From an uncultured archaeon (GTDB lineage: Archaea > Nanobdellota > Nanobdellia > Woesearchaeales > CAIVOO01), in the NCBI GenBank assembly GCA_963845175.1, contig CAWJRI010000001.1, positions 6,874-70,873 of the forward strand: a stretch of DNA of 64,000 nucleotides. The letters are read 5' to 3'. Positions 47,101 to 56,031 of this stretch are shown in pieces (position 1 is the first letter of the stretch; every line of letters begins with the position of its first letter). The notes beneath the pieces are model-generated. The model did no database searches and was not told where the DNA came from. It was given only the letters and a program-made list of their open reading frames with translations. The position numbers and the translations under genes were made by a program.

Positions 47101-48234
47101 GTCTGACGGAACAAGATTTATGCCTCTTTTGTTGTTGAATCTTAATGTATTTCCTGAGATTGTGTTGTGGGAAGCGTCAACAAGCTCAATTCCAGCAACT
47201 GTGCTGTTTGTTACAATGTTGTTTGTTATGATGTTGCTGTTGGAATTTTCAAGATAAATCCCTTTGTTATATTTCTTTATGTTGCAGTTCTTTATTGTGT
47301 TGCCGCTGTGGGTGCTGCTGTAAATTCCGTAGCCGTTTCCATTACCGACAATGACTGAGTTGTTGCAGTTCAGCACAACATTATTTGCGCCCATCTTCAG
47401 GATTCCATCGTTGTTCGCGTCATTTATGTTGTATGTTTTTGCGCAGAGCGTTGCGTTTGAGTTCACAACCAAGTCATCTGTCAGGTTGATGCAGTGCCCT
47501 GACTCGCCTGCGGTGTAGTTCGTGAAATGCTGGACAGTGAATGTCAAATCCCCGTTTGAATAGCTTATTACATTGCAGTCACTGCATTCGCTACCATCCT
47601 TTAAAACGACAGGATTGCCGAAAGACAAGCCATAGAGTGTCAAGGTTGCCGGCTTGTTCAGCTCAGGCAGGTTGCTTGAATCAACTGAAATGAGATTATA
47701 TGATATCTGGACATAGGCGTCAAGGTTTGCATTTGAAACATCAACAGACTGTCCGCTGAAATCGATTTTTCCATTTGTTGGGATATCCAGCACCAAATCG
47801 TCGACAGCTTTCAAATTGCTTTCTTTTGAAAAGTCAGTTGTATCGCCTGAGAACTTTGTTGCATCAGGAAGGTTTGAGTTTGAACCGCTTCCACTGCTTG
47901 AGCTGCCTCCTGAAGAGGTTGATATGGTTTTCTTGCTTGTGCTTGAGCCTGCGAGGATATTATAACTTGGCTTTGTCTGGTTTTGGGTCTGGTTCTGGGC
48001 AGCAGTTACCTGAGTTTTAGTTGTCTGGTTTTTTATTGTTTCCTGAACTTTGTTCTGCGAACTTTCATTTGCAACTACAGGAGTTTCATTTGCCTCTGCT
48101 GCCTTCAACTCCGAGGAAGCTGTTCTGTCATAGACAACGTGACCTGTAATAACACCATTGCTGCAGCCGTAGAGAAACATAGTCAAGAATGCCAGAATTA
48201 ATACAATGCCCCTCTTTTTATTTTTCAGCTTCAT
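44149..48234 (-). CDS. Large (1361 aa) secreted lipobox protein with parallel beta-helix (PbH1/NosD-like) repeats and a DUF4114-like segment
   Basis: LAFLTMFLYGCSNG, a Ser/Thr/Gln linker, and many N-rich beta-helix repeats (NNIVTNSTVAGIELVDASHNTISGNTL...) at about 46430-47520. FDYNDAVILVDLY lies near 45480-45520. Confidence 0.8.
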   Translation of the reverse strand: MKLKNKKRGIVLILAFLTMFLYGCSNGVITGHVVYDRTASSELKAAEANETPVVANESSQNKVQETIKNQTTKTQVTAAQNQTQNQTKPSYNILAGSSTSKKTISTSSGGSSSSGSGSNSNLPDATKFSGDTTDFSKESNLKAVDDLVLDIPTNGKIDFSGQSVDVSNANLDAYVQISYNLISVDSSNLPELNKPATLTLYGLSFGNPVVLKDGSECSDCNVISYSNGDLTFTVQHFTNYTAGESGHCINLTDDLVVNSNATLCAKTYNINDANNDGILKMGANNVVLNCNNSVIVGNGNGYGIYSSTHSGNTIKNCNIKKYNKGIYLENSNSNIITNNIVTNSTVAGIELVDASHNTISGNTLRFNNKRGINLVPSDILNDATSCKYNIIKNNVVENQEYGITLQNGDDYNNVTNNNVNYNSNSGIQITGNNNNNAVYNYVAGNNLTGNGGYDTSESKRGFYSGIYVGNAGPDYILNNNVLNNLGPGIALFNSSNNEIRNNNVKNNAFEGILLMSDIVPSRGLRDNNNIISKNNVTRNSATAILIGYNSMGNSITKNLLNFGGYRANSSNNVFANNTYLNAPPQIITGDSEAWSTYNNNISINMNDPDNGTVSISAQNLPPGATFKNNVISWTPNSTQYGDYNITLKATDGIDNVSKSIILHAHQSCHVNSECNDGSNDTVDVCNFHSLDWNGTYPSCSNFIPNVYGRVVDTNTGLPVAGANISFYDTSVWDAENMTGNYSALQPKPVPDAVTDANGSYYGFTTSSTGYTNIVIQGCSEKDFDHKMSTQPTEDKQIVLPETGNVKVLFEKEDAALKSDLRIAQPYDKLLVANSSTGESVIINNGQKIPALTNLLFYIRVHCVPGYCTKKIDYDHYSNSSYAIVDRLDYDTWRIYFEDLDVKKSIMPDFDYNDAVILVDLYNYSKPTQNTTIYTDDCNHNGVKNWQDWNDSSCDNGMHISEVAENSTYYKSLNFDGYIIYSGRFEGNNNYTCNEYVNFNMFGVNNGYNDTTVTFIVENHTADSSSFPSNIPCHVDGKTVYCGNQSKSSENLFLPNDNKQHNKNYKVYIPCNWGPGRYEIHAYDNLKWGKMHKIGDFFVVKDTTPPFINGGLEGTLDLGYLDNGSNVIKTIAKGFTNDTFYLEYSARDPAQSGTLASIASIEIGGRADNSVNITIDKDITDNKTVDYSGVGGTAVYFPGVSDNIADATKIVYNKSGHYVMKITATDKAGNKAVKYVNITVYITENEANAISTPLYENLGILLGHNLNHTTLGTIDGFTLNVDRMETGSQHTIGDEYVTPNNPGTSERAGLPANWITQLNNEINNCKMGYNELIKPINLSTAKEYNQTITQFLNWAINTCGYP

Positions 48235-48905
48235 TTTTTATTGTACCAGTCAATCTGCGCCCTGAAAATATCACCTGTTGGATTATTAAACTCAACTGTT
48301 TTTGTAACAGGATTCTTGTATGTAATGTCGCCTGAAACAAAATAAGGGCATCCAGCTGGATTGTCACAGCCAGTGGATGTCACAGCCAGTGGATAATTAG
48401 TGGATGTCGCAGCTGTTGGATAATTCGCAGTTACCGAAGGATCAGATATTTTACTAATCACACCAATAACATCATTGAGCACAACGCCGTCTGTCAGGTT
48501 TTTGATTCCGAAGTTCACCTGCACATTTCCCCCTAAAGATGAGACGCAGTTTGCATCAGCACTTATGCTGTAATCAGCGCTTACTGTGCGGTCAACCTGC
48601 GAAACACTGCATTCGTCACTGTCAATGTCCCAATGCCAGGTTTCAAGAAGATAATGCTGCGGTGCAGGAGGCTGCTGCTGGGCAGGCGGAGAGCCACCAC
48701 CACTTCCTTGACAGGAGGAGAACATTGGAAATGATTGAGTTTTTAGCGCTTGATAATCCTTAACATTAGTTCCATATGTTTCTGACACACATCTTTCCAA
48801 TGCGCTGCCCTGCTGACCTTCGCACACATCCTTGAAATTAGAACTCATGCTGCATCCTAGACTAATTATTGTTGCGGCAATACCAATAGGTTTCCATATT
48901 CGCAT
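48231..48905 (-). CDS. secreted lipobox protein
   Basis: MRIWKPIGIAATIISLGCS. ATG at 48905 follows GGGGG. Its stop overlaps the ATG of the 1361-aa gene by 4 nt. Confidence 0.55.
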   Translation of the reverse strand: MRIWKPIGIAATIISLGCSMSSNFKDVCEGQQGSALERCVSETYGTNVKDYQALKTQSFPMFSSCQGSGGGSPPAQQQPPAPQHYLLETWHWDIDSDECSVSQVDRTVSADYSISADANCVSSLGGNVQVNFGIKNLTDGVVLNDVIGVISKISDPSVTANYPTAATSTNYPLAVTSTGCDNPAGCPYFVSGDITYKNPVTKTVEFNNPTGDIFRAQIDWYNKK

Positions 48906-49010
48906 CTTGTCCCCCACACCTCTATTTAGTATCCAAACCCCCTATTTGTACTACTTATCAATTACAAGTATTTAAACCTTTCTGAAAGTCATATATTTCA
49001 AGAAATTTTA

Positions 49011-50525
49011 TTATGAAGCAGGCAAATAAATATTAAAAATTGTGCCTTTTCCCGGCTCTGACTCTACATCAATCTGTCCGTTATGCCTCTTAATTATGGA
49101 ATATGCAGTTGAAAGCCCAATTCCTGTTCTTCCTTCTTTGGTTGAGAAAAAAGGGTCAAATATCTTAGATAATTTATCTTTGGGAATACCAACTCCCTGG
49201 TCTTTAACAGCGATTTTTATGTATCTTCCTTCTTGTAAATCTGAATATTCTCTGTTTTTAAATAAAATGTTTTCAGCCTGAATATTAATCAATCCTCCGT
49301 CTGGCATTGCCTGGTCCGCATTCATAACAATATTGGCAATAACCTGGCTTATCTGCCCTTCATCCATGTTAACCAGGCCAAGATTATCCGCAATATTAAA
49401 CTCATACTTGACATTAGATCTGCTCAGTGCAAAATTGGCAGAGTCTTTAATTATCTTTTCAATAGACGTCATATTTTTGACTGGCCCTCCTCCGCCTGCA
49501 AATGTGACTAATTGGCTGGCCAGATTTTTTCCCCGCAGGGATGCTTTTTCCACATCCTCTATTATTTCATATAATTCCTTATCATCACTGTATTGCTCTT
49601 TAATGCAGGAAATATTGCCTAAGATACCTGCCAATACATTGTTGAAATTATGGGCGATGCCTGCCGCAAGATTGCCAATGGCTTCAAGTTTTTGCATTTT
49701 AAGCTTCTGCTCTTCAGCTTTCCTATGCTCTGTGATATCCCTAAAGAGACCTAGGAGATATGTTTTTCCAGCCAGCGTTATCGGAGTCGAGTTTATGTCT
49801 GCATAAAAAACACTGCCGTCTTTTCTTTTTACCGGAATATCTTTAGCCACTGCAATCTCTCTTCTTGCCTGTTTCTCAAACTGCTCTATAACATAAGGTA
49901 AATCTTTCTCGGGATGAATATCAGTGACTCCCAAATTTTTAATTTCTTCAAGTCTGTAACCTAGCATTTGACAGATTGCATTATTGGAGCTATCAAATTT
50001 TTTGGTCTCATTATCTACCAGGATTATTCCGTCGTTTGCACTGTCAAAAATAGCTTTAAATCTTTCCTCGGAATCCCGCAGCGCCTCCTCCGCCTGCCTG
50101 CGCTCGGTGATGTCACGGCACAGCGTAAGAATCTTTGTTACTTCGTCCACTTTCACGACAGTCGCATTAATTTCAATCGGGGTAATCTTGCCTTGAGCAT
50201 TTATGTAGTCAATATTTAAATTTCTGATTTGGCCCTCTCTGAAACAATTACCGACAGCCTCGGCATTCTTTTCTTTTTCGTAATCAGCTGTCCATTCAAC
50301 TATACTTCTACCGCATATCTGGCTGAGATCCTTATGCCCAGAAAGACGGACATACTCCTGATTTGCATCAAGGACCTTGCCTTCCTGGTCAAGAATTACA
50401 AAACCTGTATTAGTTGTTTCAATAAGCCCCTTATATAATCTTAGGCTTTTCTGCAATGCCTCTTCAGCTTTCTCCAGCTCCCGAACCCTTTTTTCCAGCT
50501 CCGAATAAGTTGGTTTTTTATCCAT
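49011..50525 (-). CDS. cytoplasmic PAS-PAS sensor histidine kinase
   Basis: Two PAS-like segments, H-box AAGIAHNFNNVL, and ATPase N/G boxes (NADQAM, DQGVGI, GTGIGLS). No TM helix. Confidence 0.85.
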   Translation of the reverse strand: MDKKPTYSELEKRVRELEKAEEALQKSLRLYKGLIETTNTGFVILDQEGKVLDANQEYVRLSGHKDLSQICGRSIVEWTADYEKEKNAEAVGNCFREGQIRNLNIDYINAQGKITPIEINATVVKVDEVTKILTLCRDITERRQAEEALRDSEERFKAIFDSANDGIILVDNETKKFDSSNNAICQMLGYRLEEIKNLGVTDIHPEKDLPYVIEQFEKQARREIAVAKDIPVKRKDGSVFYADINSTPITLAGKTYLLGLFRDITEHRKAEEQKLKMQKLEAIGNLAAGIAHNFNNVLAGILGNISCIKEQYSDDKELYEIIEDVEKASLRGKNLASQLVTFAGGGGPVKNMTSIEKIIKDSANFALSRSNVKYEFNIADNLGLVNMDEGQISQVIANIVMNADQAMPDGGLINIQAENILFKNREYSDLQEGRYIKIAVKDQGVGIPKDKLSKIFDPFFSTKEGRTGIGLSTAYSIIKRHNGQIDVESEPGKGTIFNIYLPAS

Positions 50526-50925
50526 TTTTTCCTTCCAATATCAGGGCGATTGCCTTCTTCATCTCGTCTAATGTATATGGTTTGGCAAGAGCGCCTTTAA
50601 AATGATATTTTTCAAAATCAGACATTATAGGACTGTTAGAATAACCGCTTGAAGCCAACACTTTGACATTGGGGTCTATTTCAATCAGTTCATCTAATGT
50701 TTTCTCACCCCCCATGCCACCTGGTATAGTTAAATCAAGTATGACAATGTCAAATGACTTGTTTGATTTCCTGGCTTCTTTATACAATTTTACAGCTTCA
50801 GCGCTGTTTGAGGCAAACTCTCCAATATATCCCAAATTTTTAAGTATTCTGCCAGCAACCTTTATTATTATTTCTTCATCGTCCATTACAAGTATCTTTG
50901 CTTTATAATCTGTTTTTTTATTCAT
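50518..50925 (-). CDS. stand-alone receiver-domain response regulator (CheY-like)
   Basis: ILVMDDEE, IVILDLTIPGGMGG, LASSGY and AKPY. No output domain. It overlaps the kinase start by 8 nt. ATG at 50925. Confidence 0.8.
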   Translation of the reverse strand: MNKKTDYKAKILVMDDEEIIIKVAGRILKNLGYIGEFASNSAEAVKLYKEARKSNKSFDIVILDLTIPGGMGGEKTLDELIEIDPNVKVLASSGYSNSPIMSDFEKYHFKGALAKPYTLDEMKKAIALILEGKNG

Positions 50926-50960
50926 TTTAATTAAAAAACATTCTTTACTTAAAATAGCTT

Positions 50961-51731
50961 CTAAAAAGCCCACTCATCGCCATTCCTCAAATACTTTTTC
51001 CACCTACTACTCTCACCATTTAATACGCTGGCAACAGCGTCTGCGATTGTAGTGTCAACATACTCTTTCTTGACCCTTTCAAGATGGCTTTCATAAAAAT
51101 CACTTACTATCTTTCTTGCATTCTCCCTTTTTTCAGGAATGTATGGATCATCTGCCTTAATTCTGCCCCAATTATCTGTGATTGACTTCTGATGTATGTT
51201 TTCAACCTCGAAACTAACTATTGTCTGTCTGATTTCGCCCTGCATTTTTTTAAAATCATTAAACTTTGGATAATCCTTTGCGTATTCCTCAAACCACTTG
51301 CACAGAATATTTGCCTCTGCAAAAGGCCATCTGTCCCAGCTGACTGTCCTTTCTCCTTTTTGAATGCTTTTCATGCCTTCATCTTTAAGCGCAGCAATCC
51401 TGTTGTACATCTGCCTCTGGATTTTCGTACACCTTTTTCTGACATTTTTCATGTCTTCCTTCATCTCAGGAAATTTCTTAGGATTTACATTTTTTCTCAT
51501 CCAATAGCAATAATTACCTGCAAGCTGAAGCTCCTCATCTGGGCTTTTTTGATATTCAAAACTGAAGACTTTTTCATAGCCTTTTTTGTATTCTGCAACC
51601 TGAGCTTTATGCTGTGCTACTCTTGCTTCCAAGGCTATCCTCTCTGGAGGCAGTCTTGGGCTGCTGCAGCCATAAAGCGCATCTGCTGCAAGAAACAGAA
51701 GTCCAGCGCCAAAAGCGAGTTTTTTATTCAT
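50961..51731 (-). CDS. secreted lipobox protein
   Basis: MNKKLAFGAGLLFLAADALYGCSSP. It is the first gene of the co-directional cluster. Confidence 0.55.
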   Translation of the reverse strand: MNKKLAFGAGLLFLAADALYGCSSPRLPPERIALEARVAQHKAQVAEYKKGYEKVFSFEYQKSPDEELQLAGNYCYWMRKNVNPKKFPEMKEDMKNVRKRCTKIQRQMYNRIAALKDEGMKSIQKGERTVSWDRWPFAEANILCKWFEEYAKDYPKFNDFKKMQGEIRQTIVSFEVENIHQKSITDNWGRIKADDPYIPEKRENARKIVSDFYESHLERVKKEYVDTTIADAVASVLNGESSRWKKYLRNGDEWAF

Positions 51732-51823
51732 TTTGACATATAATAAACTGTCTTTATTTATAAATTTTACTATTTAGTAGTAGTATCGCTTTATTTATAT
51801 TTAAGCGCTTTCTTCCTCATTAT

Positions 51824-52414
51824 ATGAGGATTTTAGGCTTTGTGGATGTCCATGGCAACACATCTGCCCTGAAAAAGGTGATTGAAAAAGCGAAAAAAGC
51901 AGACATAATCATCTGCGCAGGTGACTTGTCTATTTTTCAGGAAGGTCTAGATATTCTTCTGTCCAAATTAAGCAGAACAAAAAAGCTTGTTTTGGTTATC
52001 CCAGGCAACCATGAGGATGAACAACTTCTGGCTGACATGTGCTCTGTATTTAACAATGTTCTTTACATGCATGAGCGCTCGTACCATTTCGGAAAATATG
52101 TTTTCTTCGGCTATGGCGGAGGCGGCTTCTCGCAGAATGATGAAAGGCTTGAAAGACTGACAAAGCGGTTCAAGAAGCATCTGAAAAAGAGCGACAAGGT
52201 GATTTTGTTCACACATGCCCCTCCGTACAGGACAAAACTTGACAAGATAGGGCGTGATTATGTCGGAAACGAATCAGTAAATAAATTTGTAAAGCTGATT
52301 AAGCCAAAACTGCTTATCTGCGGGCACATCCACGAGACAGCTGGAAAAAGCGATAAAATTGGCTCAACAAAAATCATAAATCCGGGACCAGAAGGCAGGC
52401 TGATTGAGATATGA
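51824..52414 (+). CDS. calcineurin-like metallophosphoesterase (YfcE/MJ0936 type)
   Basis: Motifs DVHGN, GDL, GNHE and GHIHE. Confidence 0.75.
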   Translation: MRILGFVDVHGNTSALKKVIEKAKKADIIICAGDLSIFQEGLDILLSKLSRTKKLVLVIPGNHEDEQLLADMCSVFNNVLYMHERSYHFGKYVFFGYGGGGFSQNDERLERLTKRFKKHLKKSDKVILFTHAPPYRTKLDKIGRDYVGNESVNKFVKLIKPKLLICGHIHETAGKSDKIGSTKIINPGPEGRLIEI

Positions 52415-53712
52415 AATACAACAAAAATCAGAAAAATCTTTTTGTCAACGGAGCGCTCTGGGCAGTCTACAACGGGCTGACAAGCACATTCCTGATTGCG
52501 TTTGCGCTTGCGCTTGGCGCGTCAAATGTTGTTATCGGGCTGCTTTCCGCGATTCCATATGTTTCAATAATGCTGTCAGAATTCATCGGCGCGAAACTTG
52601 TTGAGTTCTATTCAAGGAAAGGAATCTGCGTCATGGCGCATCTGGTGGCGAAATTCCTCTGGTTTCCAATTGTATTAATACCGATTTTCTTCAGCCAGCA
52701 CCCAATAGCGGTTGTGGTAATATTTTATTTTTTAATACAGTTCTCGGAGTATCTCACAGACCCTGCCTGGACATCGCTTGCAGCTGACATTGTCCCTGAA
52801 AAAGCCAGGGGAATGTTCTTTGCAAGAAGGAATATGCTAATATGGATTGCAACAATGATTACAAGCATTGTCGCAGCATATTATCTTGATTTGTTCCCGA
52901 AAAATAATCTGTTCGGATTTTCTTCAATATTTTTAATTGGGCTTGCTTTCGGGCTGACTGCAACAGCGGTGTTATGGAGAATAAAGGAGCCAAAATACGG
53001 GGACAATGTGCATCACTCGTTCAAGGAATCTTTTTCAATTAATGGCGATTTCAGGAAATTTGTCTTAATTGTCTCGTTCTTCTATTTTGCAGTCATGATC
53101 GCCTCCCCATTTTTCACTGTTTACATGCTTGAAAATCTTGGCATGAGTTACACATTTTTTATGGTTGCCACCGCAATATCCATACTTGCAAGAATAGTGA
53201 CTCAGACGCAGTACGGCAGGATAAGCGACAAATACGGCGACAAGCCAGTTGCAATTTTGTCAATGTTCGGAACAGCGCTCATACCGTTAATTTACCTGTT
53301 CACAACAAGGCAGAATCTCTGGCTCATTGTTCCTGCACAAATATTGTCTGGGCTTGTCTGGGCAGGGGCTGACTTGGCGACTTTTAATCTGCTTCTTGAC
53401 CTTTCACCGAAGAAGCGGGCAGTGAATGTGGCTGTTTATTCGACGATTACAGCAATCCCGATGATAATCGCACCCATTATCGGCGGATTCATCGCAGACA
53501 ACGCATCATTCTTCCTTTCAGGAATTCCGTTCGTGTTCACAATCGCTGTTTTCCTGAGGTCAATCTCTTCGCTTTTCATGTTTTCAATCAAAGAGCCAAG
53601 GGCAAAAGAAGAGCATCAGGTTGGAGAGGTTTTCCTGAGATTGATTTCAATACATCCGATAAGGGGAATTGAGAATGTTTTCAGGGCAGTCAGGAGAGTT
53701 GTGAGGAAATAG
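52411..53712 (+). CDS. MFS transporter
   Basis: 433 aa, about 12 TM helices with a central loop. Confidence 0.7.
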   Translation: MKYNKNQKNLFVNGALWAVYNGLTSTFLIAFALALGASNVVIGLLSAIPYVSIMLSEFIGAKLVEFYSRKGICVMAHLVAKFLWFPIVLIPIFFSQHPIAVVVIFYFLIQFSEYLTDPAWTSLAADIVPEKARGMFFARRNMLIWIATMITSIVAAYYLDLFPKNNLFGFSSIFLIGLAFGLTATAVLWRIKEPKYGDNVHHSFKESFSINGDFRKFVLIVSFFYFAVMIASPFFTVYMLENLGMSYTFFMVATAISILARIVTQTQYGRISDKYGDKPVAILSMFGTALIPLIYLFTTRQNLWLIVPAQILSGLVWAGADLATFNLLLDLSPKKRAVNVAVYSTITAIPMIIAPIIGGFIADNASFFLSGIPFVFTIAVFLRSISSLFMFSIKEPRAKEEHQVGEVFLRLISIHPIRGIENVFRAVRRVVRK

Positions 53713-54268
53713 CAAGCAGTTCATCAAGCGCGGATTTTAATTCAGTGATGCCATCGCTTCCGCTGAAATGTTTTTTGTTTTTCTCAATAATTATCTTCGC
53801 CCCAAGCTTGCTCTTGAAGATTTTTGAATCGCTGAGCGGGACATAGGGGTCGTTGTCAGAGAATATCACAACAAATCTGCGTTTCTTTATTTCATTCCAG
53901 TCAACTGGCGTTTCCAGCCAGGGCTTTGCGATTTTTCTGTCTTCCTCAGTTTCAAGCGCCGCAGCTGTCAGATGAACCCAGCCTGCAACGAGAATAACGC
54001 CCCCGATTTTTTTATTTTTAACAGTTTCCAGATACCTCAGGATCGCCTGGCAGCCGATGCTGTGCCCCACAAAGAAAGTTTCTTCGTCAACAGCTCCTAC
54101 AATTTTCTTCAAATGAGAAACCCAGGCATTTATTTTAGGATGAGCTGTTTCAGGCATTGTAGGAATCTCAACTTTAAATCCTTTTTTCTCAAGCTCTTTC
54201 TTCAGCCAGGGAAGCCATCCTTCTTCTGGATAACCTCCCCAGCCATGGATTATAAAGACACGCTTCAT
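53690..54268 (-). CDS. alpha/beta serine hydrolase (YdeN/RBBP9 family)
   Basis: VFIIHGWGG and the nucleophile elbow GHSIGC. Confidence 0.65.
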   Translation of the reverse strand: MKRVFIIHGWGGYPEEGWLPWLKKELEKKGFKVEIPTMPETAHPKINAWVSHLKKIVGAVDEETFFVGHSIGCQAILRYLETVKNKKIGGVILVAGWVHLTAAALETEEDRKIAKPWLETPVDWNEIKKRRFVVIFSDNDPYVPLSDSKIFKSKLGAKIIIEKNKKHFSGSDGITELKSALDELLAISSQLS

Positions 54269-54270
54269 TT

Positions 54271-55194
54271 TTAGAATTTAATCTTGCGAGTTTTTAAATC
54301 TTTCTTCATCAGCAGCACAACCCTGCTTTCTTTTTTCTCATCAACAATATTGTAGCCGCAGTTCTTTCCAATCTTTTTTGCGAATTCCTTCACTTCAGGA
54401 TGCAGCGGCATGTTCTTTATGTTCAGCCTTTTCTGCGATGCGCCGACCCACATATATGATTTAACTTCGACAAAGTCAGGCATTGCAATTTTTATTAATT
54501 TAGCATAATTTTCCGGCTCAATCATGTTTAGGTTTTTGATCAGCGTAATCCTCAATGTTTTCCTTGTTTTAATATTCTTCATCACTTTCAGGCTTTTCAG
54601 CAGCCTTTTCCAACAATCCTTGAAAACAGGTGCGCAGATTTTCCTATATAATTTCTCATTCGGAGCATTTATTGAGATGTAAAGCTGAGTCGGATTCAGC
54701 CCCTTCAGCTTGTTTGGGAACATGCCGTTTGTCACAACAAAAGAAGTCATGCCTCTTTTGTTGATTTCCTTAATCAATTCTTTTAATTTTGAGTAGATTG
54801 TCGGCTCGCCGCTCAATGAAATCGCGAAATGCATCGGCTTCTTGCTTTCTGCCAGCTTTTTCTTGTCTGACTTGTGAGTTCCGCCGAATCCCGCAAGCTT
54901 CCATATCTGCGCTTCGATGCACTTGTCAACTATTTTCTTCGGGCTGTCCTCTTTTTTTATTTTGATGCCGTAATTGTACTCAAGCGGGCGCCAGCAGAAG
55001 ACGCAGGAATTGGAGCAGTAATTAAGCGCAGGCGTCATCTGCACGCATCTGTGGGAATTGATGCCGTAGAACTTCTGCTTGTAGCAGAATCCTTCATTTC
55101 TCATTGACTGCTTTGTCCATTCGCAGATTTTTACAGCGGAATGCCTGCCCACAAGCTCGTAGTGCTGCCTTTCCAATAGTTCTTTGAGTTTCAT
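54271..55194 (-). CDS. taw1: tRNA 4-demethylwyosine synthase (radical SAM, Taw1/TYW1)
   Basis: CxxxCxxC (CSNSCVFCWRP) with the Taw1-like N-terminal HSAVKICEW...C motif. ATG at 55194. Confidence 0.75.
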   Translation of the reverse strand: MKLKELLERQHYELVGRHSAVKICEWTKQSMRNEGFCYKQKFYGINSHRCVQMTPALNYCSNSCVFCWRPLEYNYGIKIKKEDSPKKIVDKCIEAQIWKLAGFGGTHKSDKKKLAESKKPMHFAISLSGEPTIYSKLKELIKEINKRGMTSFVVTNGMFPNKLKGLNPTQLYISINAPNEKLYRKICAPVFKDCWKRLLKSLKVMKNIKTRKTLRITLIKNLNMIEPENYAKLIKIAMPDFVEVKSYMWVGASQKRLNIKNMPLHPEVKEFAKKIGKNCGYNIVDEKKESRVVLLMKKDLKTRKIKF

Positions 55195-55281
55195 TTTAAA
55201 ATAAATCAAGCTTGAAGTATTTTATCAGGCTTACGCCTTTCCTGTCTATTTTTAAATTTATCTGCCAGGTCTCCAGCCCCC

Positions 55282-55899
55282 TTAGGCTGCCCTGCGGGCG
55301 GCATTAACTATTCTCGTCTCCTGCACAGCCGGCGTCGGTACCCTGAATTTTTTCGCATTGAACAAAAAGCACAGCAAAAAAATTGCCCTTTTCCCCCGGT
55401 TTCCTGAAATGTCATTCATGTGCTTAATAGTGCGCTCGAATGAGGTGGATTTCCTCTGTTTTTCCCCTCCGCAGCCAATGTCAGTCAGAGGAGTCTTGAC
55501 CTCCAGCAGGCAGCTGCCGTTGATGAGGAAATCAATCCTTGATTTGTTTAATTTCACTTCCCTCCTGATTGTTTTCACATTTCCAGCTATCTTCCGCAGC
55601 TGGCCTGTTTTCAAAAAGAATTCTATATATCTGTTGGCTTTTGTCTGGTTTATGCCAATCCAATTTTTTCTGTCCAATGAAATGGCTTCGACTGTGCAGC
55701 TGGTTTTCCTTTTTGCATTCTCATTGCTGGACAAAAGGCAGGGGACATCTGCAAACTTTATGCAGCCGATTCTTCCTGTGGAAGGGCAGTGGCACCTAAG
55801 AAGGGAGCCATTCATTTTAACGTTCATAACAAACCTGTTTGGCCTTGATTTTATCAGCCCTTCAGAAAGTGGCTTAGTGAATTTGTATTCCTTGTTCAT
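55282..55899 (-). CDS. sfsA: SfsA-family nuclease/DNA-binding protein
   Basis: RPNRFVMNV...CHCPSTGRIG...IDFL...LEVK pattern. Confidence 0.7.
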   Translation of the reverse strand: MNKEYKFTKPLSEGLIKSRPNRFVMNVKMNGSLLRCHCPSTGRIGCIKFADVPCLLSSNENAKRKTSCTVEAISLDRKNWIGINQTKANRYIEFFLKTGQLRKIAGNVKTIRREVKLNKSRIDFLINGSCLLEVKTPLTDIGCGGEKQRKSTSFERTIKHMNDISGNRGKRAIFLLCFLFNAKKFRVPTPAVQETRIVNAARRAA

Positions 55900-56031
55900 G
55901 ATTTTTCCCTCAATCGTTGTTTGAGGCTTTATCTCATTCGCTTGAAGTTAGATTTAAATATTTTTCTGAAAGAAGGTGATGCAAACATTTTTAAACTCCC
56001 TTATTTTTATATAATAAAACGAGGCTGAAAG

